Assembly: GCA_036172245.1 (NCBI GenBank)
Contig: JAYWIR010000007.1
Span: 4,650,001 to 4,714,000 of the forward strand
Reading direction: 5' to 3'
Source of the DNA: Raillietiella orientalis
Taxonomy: Eukaryota
DNA length: 64,000 bases
Within the stretch, counting starts at the first letter, position 1. Every line of letters begins with the position of its first letter. The translations under genes and the position numbers were made by a program. This document shows, one piece after another, positions 25,162-38,300 of this stretch. The notes under the pieces were generated by a model. It did no database searches and was not told where the DNA came from. It saw only the letters and a list, made by a program, of their open reading frames with translations.

Positions 25162-25299
25162 GTGTTGTTACTCGCCCAAGGATCCCGACGTGAAGGTCAG
25201 CGAAGAGCAGAGAATCCTTCGTTTGGTTAATGAAAATAAAGTTCCGAGGGAATTCGTCGGAGATTTCCTGCGGGACGCCAGCTGGTCTCGACTTCCGAA
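25162..25299 (+). CDS. Candidate symmetric internal exon (138 nt)
   Basis: Bounded by AG and GTGCGT, phase 2-2. Encodes CCYSPKDPDVKVSEEQRILRLVNENKVPREFVGDFLRDASWSRLP with balanced composition. The acceptor lacks a good pyrimidine tract. Confidence 0.25.
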
Positions 25300-25371
25300 G
25301 TGCGTGTCCTGCATCGCAAACGCGAGTCTTCCGAGTCCCCGAGAAGGAACGCGGAGAAGAGGAAGAGGAGG

Positions 25372-25374
<3 letters not shown>

Positions 25375-25430
<56 letters not shown>
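25375..25430. repeat. Compound (CTG)10(CCG)8 trinucleotide repeat
   Basis: Read directly from the sequence. Confidence 0.95.
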
Positions 25431-25577
25431 TTCGACGCCGCTTTGTTCCGATGCATACCTTATGCGTAGTACTCGCCTCTCCCTCGATCACGTTGGAAGC
25501 AGGAAATACGTATTTCTGTCTGCAGATGCGCTATCTTCAGCATTGCTTAATCGAATTGTACCTCATGAAGTCACTTG

Positions 25578-25670
25578 TTTTTTTTTCCCCTTCTTTCTTT
25601 CTTTCTTTCTCTTCCTCCTCCTCCCCCTCCCCCCCCTCCTCCTCCCTCCCCCCTCCCTCTCCCTCCTCCT
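25578..25670. repeat. 93-nt uninterrupted polypyrimidine tract
   Basis: Only C and T across the interval. Confidence 0.95.
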
Positions 25671-26268
25671 GTGAGACGCAAATCGTAAATTCGAGTCGTC
25701 TAGCGAAGGAAAGGAAAAGAAAATCATTTTCCAAGACGACTCTGCCTCTTTGTTTTTTTCCGTTTCGGGTGTTGGTAAATAAAGTTGCTACATTAAAACG
25801 CATCAGCGCTAATAAAACGACCTCAGGAACGAAGTTTTCAACCTACCGTTAAGTTACGAACTGAGAATTCATGAAAAATGGATGAACACTGCAAATGACC
25901 CAACTCGCGCGCTTCTCAACACACCAAAGTGGGACCATCCATTATTGAGCAAAACATACAAATTAGTCATCAGTTGAGGAGTGGCATATCCTTAACTGTG
26001 CACCGATAAAAAACACAGCCATCGGAGAGTGTCTGCCCGGACCGCAGGACGAGGGACGGCGCGGCAGGACGATGCGAACTGAACTTTCACGCGCGCCGGC
26101 ATTGCAGCCGAGCTCGCAACAGGGCGTTTGCGGAAGGAAAAGCGGAGAGAGCAGCAGCAGAATCGAATGCTTTACCACTTTGAACACCACGTTTAGCCGA
26201 ATTCCGTGGATTTCCCGTCCACCGCCCGTCCGGTGCGCGCGCCGTGCAGCAGTCCACCTCGTCCACTT

Positions 26269-26288
26269 CGCGCGCGCGCGCGCGCGCG
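26269..26288. repeat. (CG)10 tract
   Basis: Read directly from the sequence. Confidence 0.95.
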
Positions 26289-26477
26289 GGAATTCGCGTT
26301 TATTTTCGGAACGGCATTGTCGGGGTAGGCTCTTGCTGGAAGTAGGCCCGAACGCATTGTTGGGAGGGCGAGGCAGTTTATAAAAGCCGCCCCGAAACTT
26401 TGCCGAGGCCTCGCGAGCGGAAAGTATCGACCGGGGCCGGCGACTGCCCTCTCTCGACGCGCACGCACGCACGCACT

Positions 26478-26500
26478 TACGTACGTACGTACGTACGTAC
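26478..26500. repeat. (TACG)5.75 self-complementary tetranucleotide repeat
   Basis: Read directly from the sequence. Preceded by (GCAC)4. Confidence 0.95.
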
Positions 26501-29500
26501 ACACGTACAGACACGCGCACGTACACGTACGCAGCGCAACAGCGTTGAAGCGCGTCCGTCCTCCGCTGATGGCGTTTTCCGGGGGCCACTTCCTCTCCGT
26601 GTGGTGCACGTCTGCGTTCGCACTCCGCCCGGGCCTTTTTTCCCAGCTGATGCAGACAGCGAGCTTTTTGCGCTCGTTTCTTCGGAGATGGAAAACACAC
26701 ACACACGTGCACGAAAAGGGGTGAGGGAGAGGAGAAGGGGGGAACATGGATCTAATGATTCAGGCATGGCTATCAAGGTTCTGAACGGGCAATCGAACCA
26801 TTCCATTACTGCTGAATTTCGGAAAGGCTCCTCGAGTCGCACCGAACGCGCTGTCGAACGCGGTCCTATCCTCAATCTATCGGGGACGGGGGAAGGGGGG
26901 GGGGGGAGAGGAAAAAAAAAAAAAAAGGAAGAGGAAAAAAACCTCCATCCCCCAATGAATTCCGTCTGCCTTTTGTATCTGCTAGAGAGGGAGCCCTCCC
27001 GGCGTTGATAGCAGGTAAAAATCCCTCCCGAGTCGAGTTTCTGGAAGAGGAACAAATGAAATTCGAAATCCGCACGAGAAACGCCGCATCGCGGGCAACT
27101 CAATATCTAAGTGACGCAGCTTCCATCGAGATAAGGCATGCGGACTCCGTTTCCTCAAGCAGGATATCTGGAGAAAATTTTTCCCGCCCCGAGTCCGCAG
27201 CGGCATCTGCCGATGGGTAGCGCTGCTGCTGGGTAGGAAGGAAAAAAAGAAAAACGAAAGAGGGGAAAAAAAAAGGGAAGAAAAAAAAATGGAGAAGAAA
27301 AAAAAGACTGCGCTTCGTTCGTTCGTTAGCGTATTAACGCAAAGGCGCATCCTTGCAAAAACAAAGCTCTTGAGTTGTTTTGCAGCGAAGGGATGGAGAT
27401 CAAAACAAAAGAAAAAGAAAACGTCGCAGTACAGTCCTTGAAGGAGCCCTTGAAGGCTCCATTCTGACGTCAATGGAGCGCGACTTTACGAAGAGCGTCT
27501 TTTATCGCACACATCGCGGCCGTACTCGCTACGCAACCGATTGGTCTGGAAGCTAAAATTAGAACGCGGTTCCTCGGGAGACGTCGGGCCGTCACCCGGA
27601 TCCTACACCGTCTTGCGCTCCGTGTGTGTACGTGTGCGTGTCTCCTGCCTCTCTGGTACACTGCGGCGGGGTGGGGACCGCGCCCGGCTCTCCCACGTGT
27701 TCGAACAGCCATCCTGCGGATCATTCAGCCTTCCTCTTCAACACACCTCGGTCGGCAGGAGCAACTCCTGCTCCCCCCCCCCTCCTCCCTCCCTCCTTGC
27801 CATCCGCGCGCAAGTGCACGCGCCCCCGCCGCTTCCCTCGGAACGGGTTCCTTCCTCCCTTCCCGACCGATCCTCGGAGGCTCCCCCCGCTCTGCTCGTC
27901 CGAGAAACATTTTCAGGGGCGACCTAATGGCGTGCTCGCCCGCCCGCCCGCCGCCGCCGCCGCCGCCGTCCACAAGAACTCCGGGCTGCAGACGGGCGAT
28001 CGATGCACGTCGACAAAAAGGGAAACGGAAGCAGCTCTTCGATCCCCGAGGTTGAAGAGATCGAAAGAGTTCGCGAGAGCGCACGGCAACCGCTGCCCCG
28101 GCTACTGACGACCACGACGACGGCCGCCGCGCGCTTCCCCGATGCACGGACAGCGAGAGCCTCGGCAGCCCTGCACGCGAGCGCAGTCCCTCCTTCCTGC
28201 GACGGGAGCGAGGAGGGGCGCAAGGGAGCTAGCTGGGGGGGGGGGGGGGAGGGGTTCGCCACCGAGAAACAGGGAGGCGCGCGCGCGCGCTGACCCCAGC
28301 GTGCCTCCTGTGCGCAGGAGCGTTCGCGTGTCAACATGTCAGCGGGCACCTAAGCGCGAGCTCCCTTCTTTCCCCTGCGCAGTTGTGCGCGTCTGATGCG
28401 CACGCCCACGTACGTACATGCGCGCGAGCAGCGCCAAAACGGAGTGCTCCGCATGTGCAGGCACGCGCCGAGCACACCGTGCACACTGCGCGGCGTGCGG
28501 GGAAGGTGCGCAGCGTTCTTCTGCACGCGAACGCACGGCGCAGGGATGCGCGCGACGGCGACGCGCCGGGGCGATCCGCGTGCGCGTGCGCGCGCGGAGG
28601 ACTCCGGCGGTATCCGCTTTCGTCCGCGGGGAGTGGGGGGGGGGGGGAGGGAGGGAATTCCATCGGATTTCTCGGCCATCCGGTCCGAGCTCCGCATCCG
28701 GATCCGGGGAGGGCATTGTTGGGAGAGGCGCAGGCGCCCGGAGCTCCCCCGTTCGAGGGAACGCGTCCGAGGGAGTACGCGCGCGCCCCCGCCAGAGCGG
28801 CGCGACCTGCGCGACCGTTAGGAAAACCTCAACCGACCCGAACGCTCAACCGTGCGCGCGGTGCCGAACCCTTCCGCAAAAACGAACGGCGGCGGCAGAA
28901 AAAAATAAAATAAAATAGAATAAAAGATAGAGATGGGGGGAGGGGAGAGAGGGGGATAATAAATAAACGAAAGGAGAGAAAGCGACGAAGAAGAAGAACG
29001 GGATTGCGAGCGCCTAAAGTAGGATGCAAGCCGCTGCCACCCCAGCTTTCTCCATCTCTCTCGACTGCTTTTTCCTGTCCCCCAGGGACGCGCGCGCGTC
29101 TTCACTTTTGAATGTCGTCCAGGGGAAATGGCGTGCGCGGGCAGGCTGCCCGTGCGTCCCTGTCCGTCTCTGGACGGTACCTGTGCCGAACGGGGCAAAG
29201 AGGAGGGATGCGCGGTATGCTCTCCGTGGGAGCGCGCCTGCCGGAAGGAAGGCGCGTGTCCAGGGTCCGGCTCGTGGATTTCCGTGCACCGATCCCCGGG
29301 GTTGAACTGAAGGCTTCTTTATAGGTGGGGGAAGCTGACCGACGGCGGAAGGCACGCGTGCCTTCAGCAAGCAGAAAGGAGAAACCAGGAGGAAAAGGTG
29401 GACGCGCTAAATATGCCTCCAGCAAATTCCTCGAGTTGATGCGCGACGGTCGGGCAGGGGCGCTTTGCAGGTCCCGAAACCACGAGGCCTTCCTGGGGAC

Positions 29501-30410
29501 GCCGTCCCTCTCTCCGCGCAAGGGGTCGTCGTTTCCCGATGAGTTTTGGAGCAGGGAAACAAAGGGAGCAGCTTCGCGAGCAGTCTCGATCCTGAAAGGC
29601 AGGCGAGGGCAGCAGGAAGAACGGGTTTCCTCCGCAACGCAGCCCACCGACCTGGAAGGCCGGGGACTGCGTGCTGTGCTGTCAGCCGTGACGCCAGCGG
29701 CACACCCCCAAACGCGAAGCCGTTCACGGGAAGACCCTGCTGCTGCTCCCCCAGCCGCGAAGCGGCCCGCTCTGATCGCCGCATTCCTTTGATTCTTCCC
29801 AGGTTTTCACCCGTTTCCTTCCGCTTTTATCTGCAGTCCTTTCGGAAGCGTCATCTTGAGTGTGTCGCACCTATGGAGTGCCCTTTGACTCCCTCACCCT
29901 GGAAGCGACCCGGCAGCGACCCGTTGTCGAAGACGCTCCGTTACTTCCCGGAGATTGGGTTGAGCCGAAGCGAACGTGGTTTATTCTGGTAACGGGAACG
30001 TGGTTCCCACTGCCCTTCGTCACCGTAGACCTCAACGGCGATTCGTTCTCGTCGGGAGCGACTAGGAATCGCACACGAAGCTTCTTCGTTTCTACAGCCA
30101 CGTCCCCGGTGCCTGCCATTCGGTCAGTTTGCTCCACAAAGCAATCCAATCGACCACGGGCTCTTGCAACAGGCACGTCACCTCGAGTCACGGTTTCCGT
30201 GGATCAGAGGAGGAGGCTCCTCCACGCATGACTTTGTTCCCCCGTCGCGCGGCGATACGAATCAGCGCCGGCGGATGGCAGAAGAATCGGTGAAAACGGG
30301 AATGACAGAGAAAACGGCCTGATTTCGTTTTCCAGGGCAGACTCTTCTTCATCCGACACGGGAAGTCGCCCTTTCAAGACTGCTGCGTATCTCTCGGGGT
30401 CTTCGAATAC

Positions 30411-30503
30411 CTTAGCATCATTAAGCGTCTCACTAAAGCATCCAATTGTGCGTAATTTCGTCTTCAGCCTTTCCTCCTCGACCAGCGGTTCCTTCCATTC
30501 GAC
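30411..30503 (-). CDS. Candidate symmetric internal exon (93 nt)
   Basis: Good acceptor CTTTTTTCCTTTCTCAG and donor AAG|GTATTC, phase 0-0. Encodes VEWKEPLVEEERLKTKLRTIGCFSETLNDAK. Confidence 0.3.
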
Positions 30504-33500
30504 CTGAGAAAGGAAAAAAGTCCTTTCTTGAAGCAGGCAAAGGCTGCCGTGATGCTCACGTTGGAACTGCGTCGCCGCTGCGCAGCCTCTCTGTTCCTGG
30601 TTGTCAGTTGAAGGCACATTTGGGAATGGTGCAGTTAGAAGAGCACAAATGAGCGCCCCATCTCACAGCATCCCTCCGACGGAATGTTGCCCGATGAACC
30701 AACCGTCCTGGAAGCGACGCAGGAACTTCGCAGGAATTTCTTGCAGAGACCAGCCAGGTTCCGAGATGACGTAAGTTCTTGTAGGATGTGATGGACTGCC
30801 TACCCCAGCGGCGATTCGCCCTCCGGAAACACTGGACTGATCTCACTCGCGCCATCTCCCAGCAGCTTCACCAGCCTCAGACAGACGCAGACAGCATCCA
30901 ACACGTCCAACTTTCTGCAAGCACAAGGCAATTTTTATCTTAACCGCCTGGACGTGGATGGGTCGACGGAGACGGAGGAAGACACACTTGCGAAATGCAA
31001 GTTGCAGGCTAGCTCCAACCAGACACTGCCCTCTCCTCCTTCTCTGGTTGGAATGCAGGCCTCGCGATGGAGTTTCCACCGAAAGCACCATAGCGACGTA
31101 GGAAGAAGGCCAACGATGCACGGAGGTGGTGGATCAGCCAGCAGCCTCCATCGCACTGTGCGCTTGGAGCACGCCAAACCTCGGAGCATCGACACCGCAG
31201 CTCGCCGTCTTCCAGGAAGCTTCCCCGATGGGGAAAATAGGTCACCGGCTTTCCGCGGTTGCTCGGTGGAAACCGTGCTCACCAGGCAGCGAAATTCAAG
31301 AGCAACGCAAATGCGTTTCCAGCGTACGGGGAGGCCGTCCACTAACGTTCGGAACGAAATGGAACCGACGTCCGACGAGACGTCAGACTTCCTGTTGGCA
31401 ACAGACGCGATCACTTTCAAATTATAGATCATCAACAATGCGTGCAATTAAGAAGTCGCTTCTGGAGTTTTCGCGAGAAGGTGCTCAGAGCGGGATGTTC
31501 CCTTGTGGCTCAGCGTTTGACCAACCCGCCGCCGTTTCGAACAAAGAGCGAAGTTTGCGGTTACCTTTCCTTAGCGTCAAAGGTAAAAGATTTTTCTGCC
31601 TGCAGTGCGACAACACGCGCGCCACCCATGCCGGGAAAAGTGCGGATGCCAAGGTGACGGAATCCTCCTCGACCGGGCAACCGGGACGTGATCCCGGGTA
31701 ACTACGTCGTCGACTATCTCGGGACGGCTGCGAATCGCTCCTCGAGTCCTCCGCGCTCACTCCGATCGAAAAACGGGAAGGATCATCACTTTCAGCATCT
31801 CGTCCTGCACTTTCCTTCCGTGCTCCCGCATCCAGGGTTGATACATTTAGATCTTCAGCAAGGCATAACTGCAAAGCTCCCGGTGAGCAGCTAACAGTCA
31901 TGCGCACTCAACAAGCAGTCCTCACTGAGAGCATGAAGGATTTACCGCTACTTACATATCTGTTGAGGCATGGATTGAATTTCACCTGAATTCCAGCTTT
32001 TTTTTTTTTTTTTTGTCCTTCCACAAACAGCCGCTTCGACAAACCGGCGAGCAGGTTCTGTGGCTCTCCCCCCACCCCACCAACCCCCCTTCCCGGATAG
32101 ATGGTTCGTTCTCCACGGATGAATTCCGGAAGGCGTCTGCGGCACGAAGGCTGTGCAGCGGTTTTACAGAGGGCCCTCGCGGAGTCTTTTTTTCCACGGG
32201 AACGCGTCCAGGGCGCAAGGAGGGGCGAGGAAGACCTCGGTGTGGTGCGCGAAACCAAGGCGCTGGGGATGGGGAGGGGGATCCCTCCCCTTTTTGGCTG
32301 GGTCCTAAGAAATGACAGCGCTTCGCAAAAAGGAAACGCTCTCCGAAGCGAGGTGATCTTCAGCTGGGGGTCGTTGACAGGATCGTTCGCCGTTCGCGAA
32401 GACGGAAGCACCGGCGGAACACTCGTGGTTTCCCCAGAAGCACCTTTAACGGCTCTCTGCTGCCTACGCAGGATCGCAGCCGCCTGGAGCCATGCAAGAA
32501 GAGGACGGAGAGACAGGGGTGCCACATCCCCTTTGTCGTCCGCCCCGTGTAGATGGCAACAAGATGAGCCCTCCTGTGAAGGACTGCATGCAGCAAGAGC
32601 TTGCCGGCACCCTTGAAAGGATGCAGAGGACCGCCCCCAGCAGAGCACGACCCTTTCCTGTACTCCCCCCCAAATTTATTTATTTATTTTTATTCTTGTT
32701 TCCTTTTTGTTTGCCCCCCTCCCCTCTGCTGCCATGGCGGACCTCACCGGTAATGCCAACCGGTAACTGCCAACGGTTAGGCTCCCAGTGAAATACACGT
32801 GGTTGGACCACCGACCACAATGTTTTGTAAATGTTTATTTTATATGGAACAAACGCCCCGTCGCACTGGGGTGATGACTCAGAAGTACCCTCGACTGCTG
32901 CCTCCGGTCGCGGACCCGGAAGCGAGGCGAGCCGCGCGGGTTCGCACTTGGCACGCTGCCGAGGACCGCGGGCACGACTCCGGCCATCCGTCCGGATTGG
33001 TCCACATCTCCCGGGAGGGCTGGCTGCTTGCCCGCGTCCCGAGTCGCGGAAGGACGACGCGTGACGCGCGCAACGGGACGAGGATGCCCTCCGGGATGCG
33101 GTTGCAGAGGAGAGGATGCCAGCGGGCGGGACCCGGGGCGCTCCCTGCTGCCGCAGCAAGGCCTTTCGGTATCGGGATGAAACGGTGGCACGGACGGATC
33201 GCGGGCGTGCTGGCGCCAGAGCCCGGGAGACACGACACGCACGATCCTGCCGGTTCCTGTCTACCCGCAGCCTCCGGGCAAAAGGGCAAAGCGGACGGGA
33301 GGAAACTCTTCGAGGGCACCTCGTGGCTTTGGCGGCGGCGGCGCGCTTCGCTCCCCGGTCTGTGGACGGAAGGGGCTGTAGGCCGACTTCTCCCTGATCG
33401 CTGCGTCCGAAGCGGGGGGGGGGGGGGAGGAGAGGGGAGGCAAGTAGTCGCTCCAGAGGATCGCCACGCGAGAGCCGAAAAGGAATCAGTGGCCACTTCC

Positions 33501-35263
33501 TCTCCCTCGCACCCGGCTGCGGATCCTCGCGCTCCCTCTTCATCCGGGTGCCTCCTCGCGCACAGCTCCCCTCTTTTCTTGCAACCGTGGGCAGCTAGGA
33601 CGCCGGGCGGGAGAAAGGGAGGGGCTCTGGCATCCTTCAGCGGTTCCCACGGCGATGGAGCCGTCCACCCTCCTGTCAACCTACGGAATTGTTCGAAGGG
33701 AAATCCATGGGAGACATCCGAGGGGGGCTGCGGCCTCGTAGGAAGCCATCGGGGTCGTGTTATTGCGCGGAAGGCTGGCGTGCCCAAGCGGGAATTCCCC
33801 TGCGCCCTACTGCGAGGTGTGGCAGGTGTCTGTGGCTCTTCTCTCCACGAAGGAGAAGAGGCACGGGGGCATTCCCGCTGGCTTCCCTGACGAAGCTCGC
33901 AAAGCCGCGTGGCGCAGCTCCCTCGCTGCGACGGCGGGCGAGCGGGCGGGCCTCGCCACATCTCCTTTCCTCCGGGCTCCACGTGGGATGGATCTGGAAG
34001 GGTGGAAGACGAAGCTCTCCCGAGGCGACTCACCGGCAAGACACGCGCGCGAGTGGGAGGAGCAGGGACAATGGGAAGGGGTGGGGAGGCCGCCACCCCT
34101 GACATGGTCTTGTCACTTCCGCGCCCGGGTTCTGTGGGTTCGCTGGGACGGCAAGTCGGGTGGACCGAGACTCCTTCCCTTCTGGCCATGGAGAGGAGGA
34201 GGAAGCCTCCACTCCCACCCCCGAGGTGCCCTCTCTTCTATTTGTTCTCCTCTTCCCCGGACACTCCTTGCGATCAGGATGTCGAGGACCGCAGGTGAAG
34301 CGTCGAGGTCACGGAAGTGACCTCTTCGGAGGAGGAGCTGTGCGTGCATGCAGAAAGACTTCCCCTTCCCACCCCCGGGCGGAAGCGACCCGATCCGCAG
34401 CCTCTGACGAGGGCTGCGGCGGCGGTCGGGTTTCTGGCGGCTCCTTTGCTTCGTCAGCATGCGCGTGCGCATCCAGACTCCTCCCCGTAGTCCGGATCAG
34501 ACGCCGGGAGGAAAGAAAGACGCCTTCCAGAGACCCTCGGGATCCCGACCGCAGGGGCGGCGGAGCACCACCTGACTTCCTTTCTCTCCCGAAAGAGTGG
34601 AAGTGGATGCTGAGCAGAGGAAGGAAGGCGGGCGATTTTCCCGGGGATGGTCATTGGCGAGGAAGAAAGCCCCCCAAAAGATCATCCGATAAAGCGGGAG
34701 CGGAGATGATCAAGCGGAAGCCACTCTTGAGAGTGAGAGGGGGTCTCCATGAAGAGGGTCTGGGAGCGAGGATCCCCTGCCCCCAGAACTATAGCCGCGT
34801 TAGGGGCGGCGGGCGGAAGCCCCTCCCTTCCCCGCCCGCCGCCCCTCGGAGGGCTGCAGAGGGCCCGCGATGATGTGACGCGCGCACCCTCCCGCCCCCG
34901 TCCGGGGATCTGCTCCGGGAGTCCGGAGGTTCCTTGCCCGCGTGACTCTGGCAAGGAGCACGTGACTCCCTGCGCCCGCAGTTTCGTGCGCGCGGTCTTT
35001 ATCTCGCCGGGTGTGTGCGGCGGCGGCGGGCGGCTAGACGGTCGATCCTCCTCCGCGGCGATACGGGGAGATCGCGCCGCGGCTGCCACTGCCACCACGC
35101 GCGCCCGCGCCCGCGCGCGGGACCACCAGGGCGCACGCCGAAAACGCCGCCACCGTCGACAAACACCACGTGCACGCACGCACACACGTGCAACAGGAAA
35201 TAACATCAAAACGCAAAATGGCGCGCCGCACACCCAAGGACGGCCTGCGCACGCGCAGGGGCA

Positions 35264-35265
<2 letters not shown>

Positions 35266-35307
<42 letters not shown>
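35266..35307. repeat. (GAC)14 microsatellite
   Basis: Read directly from the sequence. Confidence 0.95.
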
Positions 35308-38300
35308 ATCCGCACGGGGGAGCTGCGCTGCTGCAGATAAAAAGTTGGCTCTCCCCGCGCAGGACGAATGCGAGGTGCCCCCGCGAACGTCTGCACACCA
35401 CAGTGCGCAGTATGCTGTGTAAATACACCCACGCAGCGAATGGGTTTATAAATAATTCCAATTAATAAGCCGGGAAAACGTTGCTGACGAATCACTGGGC
35501 AGCTTCCGGGCGCAGTGGGGATTTGGACGCGGGCAGCCGGTCTACGGGCGGGATGGGGGGGAGAGGTGGGGGGGGGGGGAAGAGTGTCGCGTTGTTCTGT
35601 GGGATTTTTTTTTTTTTTTTTGAGCCGTTTGCCAACGGTGAAGCAAAATATGGGGCGCGGAAGCGGCCGATTGAAAGGGGAAGGTTCGAATCGGGAGACG
35701 AGAAGTAGGGGAGCGCTCCTTCCTCCTCCTCTCCCTCCCCCCTCCCCTCGTTTCCAAGAAAGACAAGAAAAGAAAAACAACGTGACCGGAAAGAAATGCT
35801 CTTTGCTTCGAGCCGCGAGTGTATCTTAATGAGACGTCTTCACGCCTGGAAAGCGCACTTTTGGAAGGAGTCTAATTTCATAACATTACCGATACCTGAA
35901 TGGCATGAGATTAAGAGTTAAATTTAGAAATGGAGAGATAAAAACATTGACATTAAAGATCGAGGTACATCGACTGATCGAGCTGTTTGCTGATGTAAAC
36001 ACTTCTTTCCAGCACAGGCGTTTCTGGCATTTGGCTGGTTGATACAATTTGAAAACACGCGTATGCGATGTTTAAGTCACGCCATTGCGCGATTGGAATC
36101 GCGAGCATTGCTGCATGGCTCTGAGGATGCTCGCATGCGTCATCTGTTTCCCATGCTTTGAACTCTGGCAAAATAAGAAGAAATGCTAAAGATCACAGCG
36201 CTGAGAGGGACCGCCCGCCCCCAGGCCGAGTTTTCTGCCTTCCCTCCCCCGGAAGCGACCGCCGGGCGTGCTACCCCCCTCCCCCTCCCCCCGGGCAGCC
36301 CTCACCCGTTTCGGGCAAGTCCTTCGCTGGACCGACGAGCTGCAGGGACGTGTTGGGGAAGGAGAATCCCTCCTCCCTCTTTGCCCGGGGACGGGAAGAC
36401 TTTCCTTCGCTTCGGGGAAAGACGCCCACCAGCGCCTGCGAACGGCACTCGACGTCGCTTCCGTTTATTTTATTTTTCATTTTTTTTTTAATTCCCCACC
36501 CGCTCGCCTTTGTCGCTGCGCGGCGCAACAATGGGGAGCGGATATCACGTGACTCGTTTCCGAGGGAACTCGCGCCTCAGCCGGACGCTCCGGGAATGCA
36601 CGGATCCTGCGAGCTGCAAGGGAAAACCAAATTACCGGACGTTCTCGGGCAACAGTCAACATGCAATAAGTAGGCCGCGTGGGGTTCTCTCCCCGATGGG
36701 GAAGGACGAGGAAGGAGGGGAAGAGGCAGTGCTCGTGATCCGTTCCGTTGCTCAGCGCCCGCGAGGGAAAAGATGCGTTTCGGGACAGATTAGCTGGTTG
36801 GCGAGGTGAACCGCGCGCCAGCGCTTTCCGTGCGTTCGGAGCCACCGGTGGGTTCCTCGTGGAAGGAGGTTTCCCGTGTCCTGGAAGCTCTTGTCGAAGC
36901 TCCCCCCCCCCATTCCCCCCCTCCTTCTCAGAAGAACCAACCAGTCCGCCGTGCCGAGAGCAGGGCGGCTCAGGTTGGCATCTCTTCCCCCCCCGCCCCA
37001 TTTCTCCCTCCTTTCCAGCTCTTCCTCACAGGCGATTTGGGAAGAAAAGAGGCCGCAGTGGGGCTGCCTTTCCGACGAGCTCGCATCGGGACTATAGAGC
37101 GAGAGTGGGGCGGGTGGGATCTCTGGGGATGAGTAAGGGAGCCTCTCGAGCACGTCTGGTTGCCGCGGCAACCCGAGGCTCGTGCGGCGCACAGGTTTGA
37201 CTGCCCTTGAGTGAGGGAGGAGACGTCCGGGCAGCAGTCTCCTCCCCCGCTCCCCCGAAGGGTACCAACCACCCCTCCTCCTCCTCCTCCTCCTCCTGGA
37301 TCCACTCCTCGAAAAGGACCGGAGGGCTCCCCCGTGAAGGAAGAGGAGAGGCGGGGGGGAGCGGTCAGGTGTCCTCGTTGACCATTTGCGTGCCCCACTC
37401 GCCTTCCCACCTGGGGAGGGAAACTTGGTCCAAGTCGCTTTCCCGGGGGCGCGCTCCCCTTCCCAGAAGGTGCTGGAGCAACTCCTGGGGAGATTTTTCT
37501 TTCCAGCCCACCCTCTTTGAAATCGGAGCGAGTGGGAAGTTCGAAGGATAGCATTGGGGAGGCAGGGAGGGTGAGGAAGACAAAAAAAAAAGGGGGGGGG
37601 GGTGAAGAGAGAAGAAGGAAAAACTCCCGAGTTCCCCCTTTCCCCTCCGTCCTTTTCCTCCTGGCGTGCTGCTGTTCCCTAGGCGACGTCTCCGCGAGGA
37701 AGCCAACGATCCCGGGGAAAAAGAGGAGGGGGAGGCGCCGCGGGATCGACGGCTCGCGCTCCGCGGGATCGGTGAACGGAGGATGTGTGCGCCGTTCGGG
37801 GCGATGAATAGGTCGAGAGCGAAGGGGGAGGAGGGGGAGGCAAGCCGCAAGTACTCTGCGACCGTCCCTTCCTCGCTCGAGTGCAGACGTCGCGCTTTCC
37901 CCCTTGGAGTCGCCGCCGCGGCTCCAGCGCGTGCGCGCCGGCAGGGCAAGGGCGGGCGGGCAGGCGTTGCCATGGTTGCCCTTCGCCTTCCCCCGGAGAG
38001 ACCTCTGCGCGGGAGATAGGCGGTGCCGGGCGAGGTCCAACTTGAGGGGTGGACGAAGGGGGGATCTCGTCGCTTTGTCCGCTCTTCCCGGCGGTCCGCC
38101 TTTCCCTTCCCTCCACCTAACTCCATTTGGCGCGCGTGCGTAACTTCGGGAGAGCCTTGCTCTCTGACCCTGGGTCGCCAGGTCCCTCCCCCAGCTCCCG
38201 CTCTTTCCCCTGTAGGCCCGCCGGAAACGGGAGCCCTCCCACTCGCGTAGCGCACGCGCGCCGGAAAGATTCCCCGCCTCCCCCTCCCTCGCTTCCAGGA

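Noticed and set aside
31850..31979. Minus-strand microexon that would create a YLNV tyrosine motif
   Set aside because: The GTAAGT donor is good, but the upstream acceptor sits on poly(A) rather than a pyrimidine tract, and competing splice signals lie on the plus strand.
32731..32779. Strong Kozak GCCATGG followed by a 13-14-bp tandem repeat
   Set aside because: The ORF is only 10 codons and the repeat has about 2.5 copies.
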